A stretch of 64,000 bases of DNA, from the NCBI GenBank assembly GCA_050011515.1, contig JBEKIZ010000003.1:16805-80804 (forward strand). The letters are read 5' to 3'. Position numbers and translations under genes: made by a program. This document shows positions 44,519 to 53,413 of this stretch, one piece after another. Source of the DNA: Terriglobia bacterium. Lineage in GTDB: Bacteria; Acidobacteriota; Terriglobia; UBA7540. The stretch's first letter is position 1. Every line of letters begins with the position of its first letter. The notes below the pieces were generated by a model. That model did no database searches. It had not been told where the DNA came from and saw nothing but the letters and a program-made list of their open reading frames with translations.

Positions 44519-44549
44519 GAGTCCTGGCCGAGGAGCCAAACCTTACTCA
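44519..44549 (+). repeat. Perfect 31-bp duplicate of the tRNA-Asn 3' end (att-like)
   Basis: ttccaggttcgagtcctggccgaggagccaa occurs at 44450-44480 (inside the tRNA) and again at 44519-44549. The second copy is preceded by the hairpin aattcgtc-agcc-gacgaatt. Confidence 0.9.
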
Positions 44550-44783
44550 GTCAGCTACGTTGATCGTTCCCGTTCTCAATCACCCGACACGCCTGAAATT
44601 GTGCCCAAAAACGTGGCTGGAGCATTGCATACTGAGATGGTCATGTGTACATTATTGGGCGGGAAGTCAAAATGGAATTTCGTGGTTAAACTGACCAGGA
44701 AGCTCCCGACCACTTAGGTTGTGAACGTGGGGAACACCGCGGCAGTGAACCCTACACCCTGACGCCGCAAAACGCAGGCAGGG

Positions 44784-46427
44784 ATGGACCGAGAGCATTT
44801 GAGGTTGAGCCAGATCAGCGCCGGTCCAGGGTCGGCCCGCATGCCCGTGGCGGACGACGCGATCGGTGACCAGACTTGGTGTTCCGTGAGTTGTCCGCGT
44901 GGGACTGCTCTCGTGCTTATGGGCGGGTTGATCTACCTGTACTTAATTCTGTTTTCTCCACCTTTCATCCCCATCTACTCGGCGGGCGACGGAACCCTTT
45001 ACATCAGCCAAGCGACACGAATACTCCAGGGAGAGGTCCCGTATCGTGACTTCTTCGAGTTGACGCCTCCGGGAACCGATTTGGTTTACTGCGTTTTTTT
45101 CAAGTTGTTTGGGTTTCACCAATGGATCCATAACGCGACTTTGCTGGTCCTGGGAATGAGCTTCCTTTGGCTGAGCATTGTCATCTCACGGCGGGTGCTG
45201 CCCGCGCATTTGGTTTTCTTGCCAGGGGCACTATTTCTTTCCATCCCTTTTGCGATCCGGCTCGATGGCACTCACCACTGGTTCAGTTGTCTAGCCGTAA
45301 CGAGTGTCCTGGCAATCCTTATTGATCGACGGACACCAGTCCGCATTGTCGCAGCAGGGGGATTGTGCGGCGTTGCGCTGTGCTTCACCCAACATCGAGG
45401 GCTCTTTGGCTTTCTGGGTTTAGGGGCATTCCTCTTCTGGGAATGGAGGAAAAAGCAAGAAAGCTGGAAGGCGCTGTTCAAGAAACAACTCCTGCTGATC
45501 TTGGGGTTCTTGATTGCACCCGTGGTGGTTGATGGCTATTTTATCTGGAAGGCGGGGCTCGAGCGATTCCTGTTCTGCACAGTCGTTTTTGGCCTGAAAT
45601 ACTACGCACCCTATGGAAATATAAACACTTTTGGAGCAGTCTTGAGGGACTTGAGCCTCCCCCTGGATCGGCAACTTCTCCGCTATAAGCTCGCGTTTCT
45701 TTTCGTCTTGGTCGTCACCCCTTTGAGTTACCTGCTCTTCTTCCTACGCGGGTGGCAAAGGGCACGCAAAGGGTCGGATGCCCCCTGGAGCCAACTCTTG
45801 CTTGTGGCCATCGTTGGAATATCGCTGCTGCTGAGTGTGGCGTCTGCCCCAGCCGCAGTCAGGGTTGCTCCCGGAATGTTGCCCGCTTTGATTCTAATCG
45901 TGTGGTTCATGTTCACGCTAAGGCACTTTCGCCGGAGTCTTGTGACACTTCTCTGGCTTGGAGTTCTCGGATCGGCACTCTTCGGTGCTTACTGGCGACA
46001 GACCCACTGGCGAACCTTCTTCGATACACCGGGTGGTCGCATAGCCGTCCATGATCAAGACCTCGCAGAAAGGTTAGTTTGGCTTCAAGAAAGAAGCCAC
46101 CCAGGGGAGTACATGTTTGATACCCATTGGCCAATTGTAAACGTGGCACTGGGGTTGAGGAATCCTGCGCCGATTCCGGTCCTCACGGATACGGACTACA
46201 CCCGCCCGGAGCAGGTCGAGGGAGTCATCTCAGGCCTGGAAAAACATCAGGTGCACTATGTGCTATGGTCGGCGGGTGACCTTATTGCGCTCCCAAACGA
46301 AAGGATTGCCCCTGGGGATCATCTCGAGCCCCTCCGGAGATACCTGCGGACGAACTATCAGCTTGCGGCAACCTTTACAGACGGCACACCGGTCTTGGAA
46401 AGGAACTCTCTCCAAACTCATCCCTGA
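44784..46427 (+). CDS. Polytopic membrane protein, GT-C-type glycosyltransferase-like (function uncertain)
   Basis: 547 aa with at least 10 hydrophobic helices. An early loop motif EVPYRDFFELTPPG resembles the acidic first-loop motifs of GT-C (GT39/GT87-like) enzymes. Start uncertain. Confidence 0.55.
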   Translation: MDREHLRLSQISAGPGSARMPVADDAIGDQTWCSVSCPRGTALVLMGGLIYLYLILFSPPFIPIYSAGDGTLYISQATRILQGEVPYRDFFELTPPGTDLVYCVFFKLFGFHQWIHNATLLVLGMSFLWLSIVISRRVLPAHLVFLPGALFLSIPFAIRLDGTHHWFSCLAVTSVLAILIDRRTPVRIVAAGGLCGVALCFTQHRGLFGFLGLGAFLFWEWRKKQESWKALFKKQLLLILGFLIAPVVVDGYFIWKAGLERFLFCTVVFGLKYYAPYGNINTFGAVLRDLSLPLDRQLLRYKLAFLFVLVVTPLSYLLFFLRGWQRARKGSDAPWSQLLLVAIVGISLLLSVASAPAAVRVAPGMLPALILIVWFMFTLRHFRRSLVTLLWLGVLGSALFGAYWRQTHWRTFFDTPGGRIAVHDQDLAERLVWLQERSHPGEYMFDTHWPIVNVALGLRNPAPIPVLTDTDYTRPEQVEGVISGLEKHQVHYVLWSAGDLIALPNERIAPGDHLEPLRRYLRTNYQLAATFTDGTPVLERNSLQTHP

Positions 46428-46665
46428 TTACATTTCCATCCTTAGGTTTAGCATAAGTCCACTCCAACTCAACCGATTAGAAGATGACCGCGAGCGCCGC
46501 ATAATTAAAGAGCGAAACGATGGACTCTCGTCTCGAGCTCACGGCTGCCTGCCAACCATCCTGGCAAGCGTACTGGCTTTGCCGGCCGCGGGAAACTCTC
46601 ATTTCAGAGGGATCGGAAAGCAGGATTTACACCGAAGAAATACTCTGACCGACGGCAGGCGGTGG

Positions 46666-46848
46666 TCAAGGTGCGTGCTTCTTCCCGGGCACCTGATCCT
46701 GAACCACAGCGAAGGTCGCCAGAGAGGTCACGAACTTCTTTATGCCGACGCTGTGAAAGTACACCATGGTTTGATCGCGGTCGCTTTCGAGGACCGCGCC
46801 CCAACCGTACCTGAAATGGCGGACAGACTGGCCGGGTTTTAATTTCAT
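46666..46848 (-). CDS. Small hypothetical protein (60 aa), SH3/Tudor-like PGQxVxHxxxGxG motif
   Basis: GAGAGG lies about 8 nt upstream of the ATG. MKLKPGQSVRHFRYGWGAVL...MVYFHSVGIKK resembles small DUF3553-type proteins (from memory, unverified). Confidence 0.4.
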   Translation of the reverse strand: MKLKPGQSVRHFRYGWGAVLESDRDQTMVYFHSVGIKKFVTSLATFAVVQDQVPGKKHAP

Positions 46849-47012
46849 AAGGTCCTCTCTCCACCTGGCTATCTGATCTCATCCCTGGTACTGCTGCCTG
46901 CCAGGGCGGCGGAAATCGGCCTAGGGCCCAGCGCTGCCTCGGGGGACTGGGCGTTCCGAAAGTCGTCGCGGCCGAGGCCGATCTAAACGCATCTGCGTGG
47001 CACTACAGTACC

Positions 47013-47330
47013 CTAATAATCGCGCCTGCGGTATGAGCCATCCCGGCCGCCACCACCGCGTGGTCGCGAGAAGTCCGTGCGCTGGGGGCGAGCTTCGTTG
47101 ACGGTCAAAGGACGGCCCTCGAGGGCCTGTCCGTTCAAGCCGGTGATCGCCTTTTGAAGGTCCTGGCCTTCGGCGAGCTCGACAAATCCGAATCCTCGCG
47201 GGGCGCCTGACAGCTTGTCGCGAATCACCACTGCCGAGGCCACTTGATAGCCCGCATTGGTCACAAAATCGGTGAGACTACCATCGGTGGCGCTGTGGGG
47301 AAGATTACCTACGAAAAGTTTTGTTGCCAT
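47013..47330 (-). CDS. RRM-type RNA-binding protein with Arg/Gly-rich tail
   Basis: GGAGGA upstream of ATG 47330. RNP2 KLFVGNL and RNP1 RGFGFVEL. Confidence 0.85.
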   Translation of the reverse strand: MATKLFVGNLPHSATDGSLTDFVTNAGYQVASAVVIRDKLSGAPRGFGFVELAEGQDLQKAITGLNGQALEGRPLTVNEARPQRTDFSRPRGGGGRDGSYRRRDY

Positions 47331-47478
47331 CTGTTCCTCCAAGTTGGGGCGGCCCTTGGGGTCCGCCCGGTTAACCTACACTGATTGGTGAGACGGGGCC
47401 AGCCCCACTGCCAAAAGTCTTTCGGCACGGCAAGCGCCGATCGGGGTCAACCCATCTACAGCGTGCGTTCAACAGTTG

Positions 47479-47916
47479 TCAGCCACGCTGCCACAAGTGT
47501 TTCGGCCCGGCGACCGACGACACGATGCTGTCCTCTTTCTTCTTTGCCTGCGGCTTACGCGGGTAGTGCCGTTCCAGGTATTCCCGGATGTCAGGCTCCC
47601 CGATACTCAGACGGGCCTCAGTGCGAGATTCGAGCGTTTCCCCTCCTAGTTCTTTCGCCAACCGCGCAAAGCATATGCCTGGGCCATCCTGGAGTTTCAG
47701 GCAATCCGGGCGAAACGCTTCGAATTGAACATTGACCGTGAAATCGCGTGCCTCATGGGGCGCGTCAATCACGTGAAAAGCATAGATTCGAGAACTGGCT
47801 GCACTGTCGAAACCGACATATTGGATATACATTTCAAAATCCTCAAATTGGCCCTGCGAGCGCTGGTCATAGTTAACACCGCTGGCAGCGCCGATCCGCT
47901 CAACCGTCAACGGCAA
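47479..47916 (-). CDS. Hypothetical protein
   Basis: 145-aa ORF with no recognisable motif. An internal alternative start exists (MYIQYVGF...). Confidence 0.45.
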   Translation of the reverse strand: MPLTVERIGAASGVNYDQRSQGQFEDFEMYIQYVGFDSAASSRIYAFHVIDAPHEARDFTVNVQFEAFRPDCLKLQDGPGICFARLAKELGGETLESRTEARLSIGEPDIREYLERHYPRKPQAKKKEDSIVSSVAGPKHLWQRG

Positions 47917-48190
47917 GATGCTGGCTCTTCTTCTCCGGGACCCAGCACTGGTCGTGTTTGATTTCTTGTTTCCAGCGCCTTTCGCGCTTCTCGAGTTTGC
48001 TTCTGCCGGAGAATCTTTTGCCGGCGTTCCCGACCAAACCTGGATTTGTCACCATTTCTTTCCGACATAATTCCCTCTCTTGTGAGCCCTCTGCTTTGGT
48101 TTCAGACGCACAACGCAATAATGTCGTTTCGTCTTCGCCGAACTGGAGAGCGGACTTGGCCGCTCCCACCGATCCAGGTGCCTCGTTGTT

Positions 48191-48511
48191 TCAGGCTGCT
48201 GCGCGAGCGACGGTCGTGTGGAAGGTCGAGTTGGCAACCTCATAAGTTTGAATACGAAGAGCCCCTTCAAGCACTTTTGCCAAAGCCTTCAGCACTTCCG
48301 GATAGGTTGCGCGGTTATATGCTTCCGCGTCCTCTTTCCGATCCCACAAACTGATTGCAACGGCTCCCCCTCCCTCGGAGGCTATGAAGGTGATTTCGCC
48401 TTGAAAACCTCTCTGTTTTCGAAGCACTGGAATGATTTCCTTCTCCATCGTCCGGCTAAACTCCCCAACGCTATTCGGGTTCAAATGCAGGGATATATGT
48501 CGAGCGAACAT
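48191..48511 (-). CDS. Antibiotic-biosynthesis-monooxygenase (ABM)/Dabb-like small protein
   Basis: 106 aa with a ferredoxin-like pattern (MFARHISLHLNP ... AVAISLWDRKEDAEAY). Confidence 0.6.
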   Translation of the reverse strand: MFARHISLHLNPNSVGEFSRTMEKEIIPVLRKQRGFQGEITFIASEGGGAVAISLWDRKEDAEAYNRATYPEVLKALAKVLEGALRIQTYEVANSTFHTTVARAAA

Positions 48512-48633
48512 GGCAACCTCCTTGGTTGTCTTCTAAGAGGTAAGGCCGCAGATAACCCGACTTAGTTCAGGAGACCTGGAGAGTGTCTAGGAGAGGCTCA
48601 CCTCATTAACCATACTGATTGAATTAACTTTAC

Positions 48634-48662
48634 TTGTCAAGCCAATTATGCAAGATTCTAAT
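48634..48662 (+). promoter_or_regulatory. Candidate promoter TTGTCA-17-TCTAAT in an AT-rich spacer
   Basis: -35 at 48634-48639 and -10 at 48657-48662, about 50 nt upstream of the HTH gene ATG, which has a GGGGAGGGA Shine-Dalgarno (SD) sequence. Confidence 0.3.
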
Positions 48663-48710
48663 TTAAGAGGGTTAAGTGAACTATAAATAGTTAATCTTGG
48701 GGAGGGACCC

Positions 48711-49577
48711 ATGGACCTACCGTTAGTAATCAGGCAACGACTCGAACAACTGGGACATGAACAGAGAGACTTGGCGGTTGCTGCCCAGGTCACGGAGTCC
48801 TACATATCGCAGTTGCTTACCCGGAGGAAAGCGCCACCCGCACCTGAGCGGACAGATATCTATGGGAAGATTGAGGAATTCTTGAAGTTCCGAAGCGGGG
48901 AGCTCACAAAGCTGGCTGAGCAACAGCGCCACGAAGCGCTAAAACGAAAACTGGCAGACCCACCCGCGCCGTTATTTAAAGAGGTTCGAGAGTTGGTGCT
49001 TAGAAAATGCAAACCGGACAAACAGAAACAAATTGCGGCGATCTTCGAAAAGCAGCCCTTCGGTGAACTCGAACTCCTGGTCACGCAGAAGCTTTTGGAT
49101 GTGGTCAAGAAAGTCGCCAGACGAGAACTGGAAAGTGAAAACTGGCTCCGCTTGGTGGCCAAGCTCAGCAACCGGAGCTACGAAGAGATGCGGGTGGGGA
49201 TTCTCGAGTTCCTGGATACAGACATCTTCAATGTGTCGATTGAGAACTGCGTCTCCTTTTTGGACCCGCTGATCGAATTCTGGGATATCGACCTCGCGAC
49301 TTTCGGTTTGGAAATCGTGTTAAACCGCAGAGTGGCCCCTGGGCACCCTAAGAAGTTTGAGTTCGTGGAAAAGGATTTCGAACCGCCCTTGGAGGAAGAG
49401 CCGGGGTTGAGAGAATTCCTTCAGGATGCTTCTCTCAGCGGCGGCGCCACCGAGGATGAAATCGCCTTTCTGAAGAAGCTGCGATTCAAGGAAAGACGGC
49501 CTACCGCACTCTATTATTACCGGGAGTTGCAAAACCTAAGAGACCCTCTTCATTTTCGCACCGCGAAAGCCGCTTAG
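48711..49577 (+). CDS. XRE-like helix-turn-helix protein with large uncharacterised C-terminal domain
   Basis: 288 aa. N-terminal HTH RLEQLGHEQRDLAVAAQVTESYISQLL. The remaining ~220 aa are helical with no motif I recognise. GC is visibly lower than in the flanks. Confidence 0.65.
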   Translation: MDLPLVIRQRLEQLGHEQRDLAVAAQVTESYISQLLTRRKAPPAPERTDIYGKIEEFLKFRSGELTKLAEQQRHEALKRKLADPPAPLFKEVRELVLRKCKPDKQKQIAAIFEKQPFGELELLVTQKLLDVVKKVARRELESENWLRLVAKLSNRSYEEMRVGILEFLDTDIFNVSIENCVSFLDPLIEFWDIDLATFGLEIVLNRRVAPGHPKKFEFVEKDFEPPLEEEPGLREFLQDASLSGGATEDEIAFLKKLRFKERRPTALYYYRELQNLRDPLHFRTAKAA

Positions 49578-49807
49578 GACGCATTCGCCACCGGCGCGAC
49601 CCGTAGGCCACACCTGCGAAGCAAAGCGTGGTAAGATACGCGGCGAAAGATCGCCAAGGAGGCTTCAAGCTCATGGCTTGCAGAATCCACATTGGCCTAT
49701 TCACCGTGATGATGGTGGCTGCGATTGTCTTACCCGCAGGGGCGCAGCTCCTGCCGTAAGTAACCCCAAAGCCAGCGAAAGCGCCCGCCACGAAGCCCGC
49801 ACAGATC

Positions 49808-50953
49808 GTGGTCGAGACCTCCCCCGACGCCGAGGTCTACCTCGATGACCAATACACCGGCCGGGCGAGTCCGGAAGGCCGGCTGGTGATTGGCGATCCG
49901 AAACCAGGAGAGCACAACCTGCGGGTCTACTTCGCCGGCAAGAAAGAGTTCCAGCAGAAGATAACTGTGGTGGCGGGGAAAGAGGTGAAAATCGTGGCCA
50001 CGCTCGCTAACCTGTCGGGGAGCATCCTGCTAAAAACCACGCCGGGCGCGGAGGTCTCTCTGGACAACTCGAGTCGAGGGGTCGCAGACGCCAGTGGACA
50101 ACTCACGGTTTCGGAGGTAGCTACCGGTCTTCACGCGCTGCGGATCGCGGCACGCGGGAAGAAGGATTTCAGCCAGACAGTTGACGTATCGAGCGGACAA
50201 GAAAGCCGCGTCGAAGCCGCGCTATTGGACCTCGGCCCTGCCGCAGGGTCAGTGCGAGAGAACCCCAGAGATGGCCTCAAGTATGTCTGGATTCCGCCAG
50301 GGACGTTCATGATGGGCTGCTCGCCGGGCGACAACGAGTGCGAAAAGGATGAAAAGCCATCGCACCAAGTCACCATCAGCAAGGGTTTTTGGATCGGGCA
50401 GACGGAGGTTACTGTGGGCGCCTTCAAGCGCTTCGCAGCAGCCACGGAACGGCCAATGCCAGATGCTCCGAGATTCAACAAGGGTTGGGCGAATGACCGT
50501 ATGCCTATCGTGAATGTGACCTGGAATGACGCACACGACTTCTGTGCGTGGGCGGGAGCGCGGTTGCCCACAGAGGCGGAGTGGGAATACGCGGCGCGAG
50601 GAGAAAGCACGGAGGCGCGCTATGGGTCAATCGACGAAGTCGCCTGGTACAGCGTCAACAGCGGAGGCCAGACGCATCCGGTGGGCGAGAAACGAGCCAA
50701 TGGATTCGGGTTGCACGACGTGCTGGGGAATGTTTGGGAGTGGGTGAATGACTGGTACGACCAGAACTATTACCAGAACAGCCCGTCCCAGGATCCCTCA
50801 GGGCCGACAGGCGGTCAGCAGCGCGTTCTGCGTGGCGGGGCCTGGGTCAGCGTTCCCTGGGTCGTTCGCGTATCGTTCCGCAGCAGCTACAATCCAGCCA
50901 ACAGGAACTACATCAACGGGGTTCGTTGTGGCGGGGAAGTGGCTGGTCCTTGA
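49808..50953 (+). CDS. Two PEGA-like domains + FGE-sulfatase (SUMF1/EgtB/PvdO-fold) domain; separated from its signal peptide by an in-frame TAA
   Basis: FGE motifs RLPTEAEWEYAARG, GNVWEWVNDWY and VLRGGAW. Two beta-sandwich repeats (AEVYLDDQYTG..., AEVSLDNSSRG...). The same frame is open from ATG 49673 (AAGGAGG upstream) except for TAA 49757-49759. Confidence 0.8.
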   Translation: MVETSPDAEVYLDDQYTGRASPEGRLVIGDPKPGEHNLRVYFAGKKEFQQKITVVAGKEVKIVATLANLSGSILLKTTPGAEVSLDNSSRGVADASGQLTVSEVATGLHALRIAARGKKDFSQTVDVSSGQESRVEAALLDLGPAAGSVRENPRDGLKYVWIPPGTFMMGCSPGDNECEKDEKPSHQVTISKGFWIGQTEVTVGAFKRFAAATERPMPDAPRFNKGWANDRMPIVNVTWNDAHDFCAWAGARLPTEAEWEYAARGESTEARYGSIDEVAWYSVNSGGQTHPVGEKRANGFGLHDVLGNVWEWVNDWYDQNYYQNSPSQDPSGPTGGQQRVLRGGAWVSVPWVVRVSFRSSYNPANRNYINGVRCGGEVAGP

Positions 50954-51034
50954 CCCTTTTTCCTTTTCCCTTGAGATCTGGGGAGTACCGGCCCATAAGC
51001 GCTAAGTTAACTGTCCGGCAGGCTCGATAGGCCG

Positions 51035-53194
51035 CTAGGGCAATTTGGCGCAGCGGAAGCCGATAAGCGGTGAACGCGTAGAGGCGTGGTCAAGGTTGCG
51101 GGTTGTGGTGGTCACGTGCTCGTTGTCGCATTTGTAAGAACCCCCTCGAATGACCTTGGCGTCTTCAGGAATAGCAGACACGGAGGTCTGGCCGGGGTAG
51201 GGCTTGTAGTCGTCCAGGCACCACTCCCAGACGTTCCCGGACATATCCAGAACGCCGAACGGACCGGCAGCGTCAGGGTGGGCGCCGACCGGCTCCGGGT
51301 GGCCCAGGCCGGTTTCGAGACTGTCTACAAGCGCTGAAGTGAAGCTATTTCCCCAGGGGTAGAGTCTGCCATCCGTTCCACGCGCTGCGAATTCCCATTC
51401 GGCTTCAGTCGGCAGCCGCCCGCCCGGCACGACCCCCCCGCAATACGCCTGCGCGTCCTGCCACGAGATATTAGTGGCAGGCCAAGCAGCCTGTGAGTCT
51501 GGGTACGTCGAAGGCTCGCCTTTCGTTTTCTGAAGAAACCCGCTGTATTGAGCCCGCGTGACGGGTTCCTTGTCGATGTAGAATGGCGCGACACTCGCGG
51601 AATGAGCAGGAGTTTCTTCCACATTCGGGGCGTTGTCACGACCCATGGTAAACGTGCCTCCGGGAATGTACACCATCACGGTCGCTCCCTGTGGAACAGG
51701 GACGGAGGGAGCAGGTCCTGGAGGAGCTTGCTGCTTCCGTAAAGGCTCAACGGTCGCTCCCTGTGGAATAGGAACGGAGGGAGCAGGTCCTGGAGGAGCT
51801 TGCTGCTTCTGTGGTTGCTGCTTCGCCGATTGGGAAAAATACCAGATGGCCCCCGCCGCGACGAGTATTATGAGGGCGCTAAGACCCATGTACTTCATCG
51901 TCTTGCTCGCCTCCGGCACGGTTCTGAACTGAGGAGTTGGTTTGGTGACGCGGTCCTTCGAGGCGGGAACTGGCCTCGCGCCGGGGGCGGGCCCCGCGGG
52001 CGGAGCAGGTTCAGGAGCCGCAGCGGAATCCCGAGCCTCCTGAGCGGCATTCAGGCGCGCTTGTTCCGGGGATTCTTTTCGCGGAGGAGGAGTCTTGCCG
52101 GGCGGCGCAGGCTGACGACCCACTGGGGCCGCCGATTGTAGGGGCGTCTCGGGTTCTCGAGGGCCGCGGGATTCGCGGCCCGGCACGCCGGGTTCAATCA
52201 GCTTCGTCGTAGCGAGCGGCTGCGGTGATTCTGCCTGCGATGGGGCCGAGGCCGCGCGGGCGAAATCGCGCGCGAAATCCAGTGCAGACGGGTAACGCTG
52301 TTCGCGGTCCTTGGCCAGGGCTTTCATCACCGTGGCTTCAACCTGAGGGGAGACTGGCAAACCCGGGGCGACAGCCCGGAAAGGCGGCGGTTCCTCCAGC
52401 ATGTGCTTGCGCACGTAGCCAAGCGGCGTGTCGGAATGGAAGAGCCCACGGCCCGCGAGCATTTCATAGGTAACGACACCCAACGAGTAGATGTCGGAGC
52501 GCCCGTCCAATTGATCGCTGCGCATGCCCGAGGCCTGCTCGCAGGACATGTAAGCGGGTGTCCCAAGCACTGTCCCGAAGAGCGTGTGGGTGGCGGACTC
52601 GCGCAGCTTAGCGATGCCAAAATCGACGATCTTGACGATCAGCTCGCCTTCATCGCCGCGCGTCAAGAAAACGTTATCGGGCTTGACGTCGCGGTGGATG
52701 ATGCCGAGTTTGTGCGCGGCGTTCAGCCCGCGCGCTAGCTGCGAGAGGATTTCAGTGCACTCGGCCACGGGCAACGCGCCGCGCCTGCGGAGCGCTTGGC
52801 GGAGCGTCTCGCCTTCCAGATATTCCATCGCGATGTAGGGAGTCCCATCGTCGCATTGGCCCGACTCGTAGATGGTCACGACATTGGTATGACGGATGCG
52901 CGCCGTGGAGGTCCCTTCATCGTGAAAACGCAGGAGGAATTCGGGATCATCCAGGAGCCGGCGGCTCAGGACCTTTAACGCCACGGGGCGATTCCCGAGG
53001 GCGATTTGCTCCGCGAGAAAGACCGCTCCCATGCCTCCTACACCCAGCTTCTTGACAATTCGATAACGCCGCGCGAGACTGCTGGCAAGCTCAGACTCGG
53101 TCACACCGGAAGCGGAAGGAAGCGGCGTGCCGTCTTTCCCACAGAAATCTGCATCGTCGGGGTATGTTCGCTGGCATTGAGGGCAGGTGCGCAC
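51035..53194 (-). CDS. Ser/Thr protein kinase fused to a C-terminal FGE-sulfatase domain (Zn-ribbon - kinase - Pro-rich linker - TM - FGE)
   Basis: CPQC..C zinc ribbon. Kinase motifs GGMGAVFLA, VALKVL, HRDVKPDNVFL and DFGIAK. TM helix MGLSALIILVAAGAIWYF. FGE motifs RLPTEAEWEFAARG, GNVWEWCLDDY and VIRGGSY. Confidence 0.9.
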   Translation of the reverse strand: MRTCPQCQRTYPDDADFCGKDGTPLPSASGVTESELASSLARRYRIVKKLGVGGMGAVFLAEQIALGNRPVALKVLSRRLLDDPEFLLRFHDEGTSTARIRHTNVVTIYESGQCDDGTPYIAMEYLEGETLRQALRRRGALPVAECTEILSQLARGLNAAHKLGIIHRDVKPDNVFLTRGDEGELIVKIVDFGIAKLRESATHTLFGTVLGTPAYMSCEQASGMRSDQLDGRSDIYSLGVVTYEMLAGRGLFHSDTPLGYVRKHMLEEPPPFRAVAPGLPVSPQVEATVMKALAKDREQRYPSALDFARDFARAASAPSQAESPQPLATTKLIEPGVPGRESRGPREPETPLQSAAPVGRQPAPPGKTPPPRKESPEQARLNAAQEARDSAAAPEPAPPAGPAPGARPVPASKDRVTKPTPQFRTVPEASKTMKYMGLSALIILVAAGAIWYFSQSAKQQPQKQQAPPGPAPSVPIPQGATVEPLRKQQAPPGPAPSVPVPQGATVMVYIPGGTFTMGRDNAPNVEETPAHSASVAPFYIDKEPVTRAQYSGFLQKTKGEPSTYPDSQAAWPATNISWQDAQAYCGGVVPGGRLPTEAEWEFAARGTDGRLYPWGNSFTSALVDSLETGLGHPEPVGAHPDAAGPFGVLDMSGNVWEWCLDDYKPYPGQTSVSAIPEDAKVIRGGSYKCDNEHVTTTTRNLDHASTRSPLIGFRCAKLP

Positions 53195-53294
53195 GGTTAC
53201 TCACCGAGTCGTCGAGAGGCTCTTCAGCCGTGCATATACTACAACTCTTCGTGTCTACGGGCAACGGAGCTTCTGAGCACCACCTTCAAAATCC

Positions 53295-53413
53295 GGTAGT
53301 GGGTCAATTTGATGTAGAGGCGGCGGAACCTGTCCCGATCTGACCGGGACGCCGCCATTTGGCGATCCCGCAGACGCGGGATCGCCGCTACAGCATCAAA
53401 TTGACCCACTACC
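53295..53413. mobile_element. MITE-like element, copy 1 (119 bp, 20-bp perfect terminal inverted repeats, 8-bp TSD caaaatcc)
   Basis: TIR ggtagtgggtcaatttgatg / catcaaattgacccactacc. Flanked by caaaatcc at 53287-53294 and 53414-53421. Confidence 0.8.

Noticed and set aside
44490-44549. A possible second, partial tRNA gene downstream of tRNA-Asn.
   Set aside because: Only the T-arm and the 3' acceptor strand are present. There is no 5' acceptor strand, D-arm or anticodon arm. The preceding hairpin (aattcgtc-agcc-gacgaatt) belongs to a REP module also seen at 59166-59185.
47900-48169. An 89-aa Lys/Arg-rich minus-strand ORF between the ABM-like gene and the 145-aa ORF.
   Set aside because: It overlaps the start of the downstream ORF. 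It has no motif or obvious SD, and an equally long ORF exists on the opposite strand. The evidence is insufficient either way.
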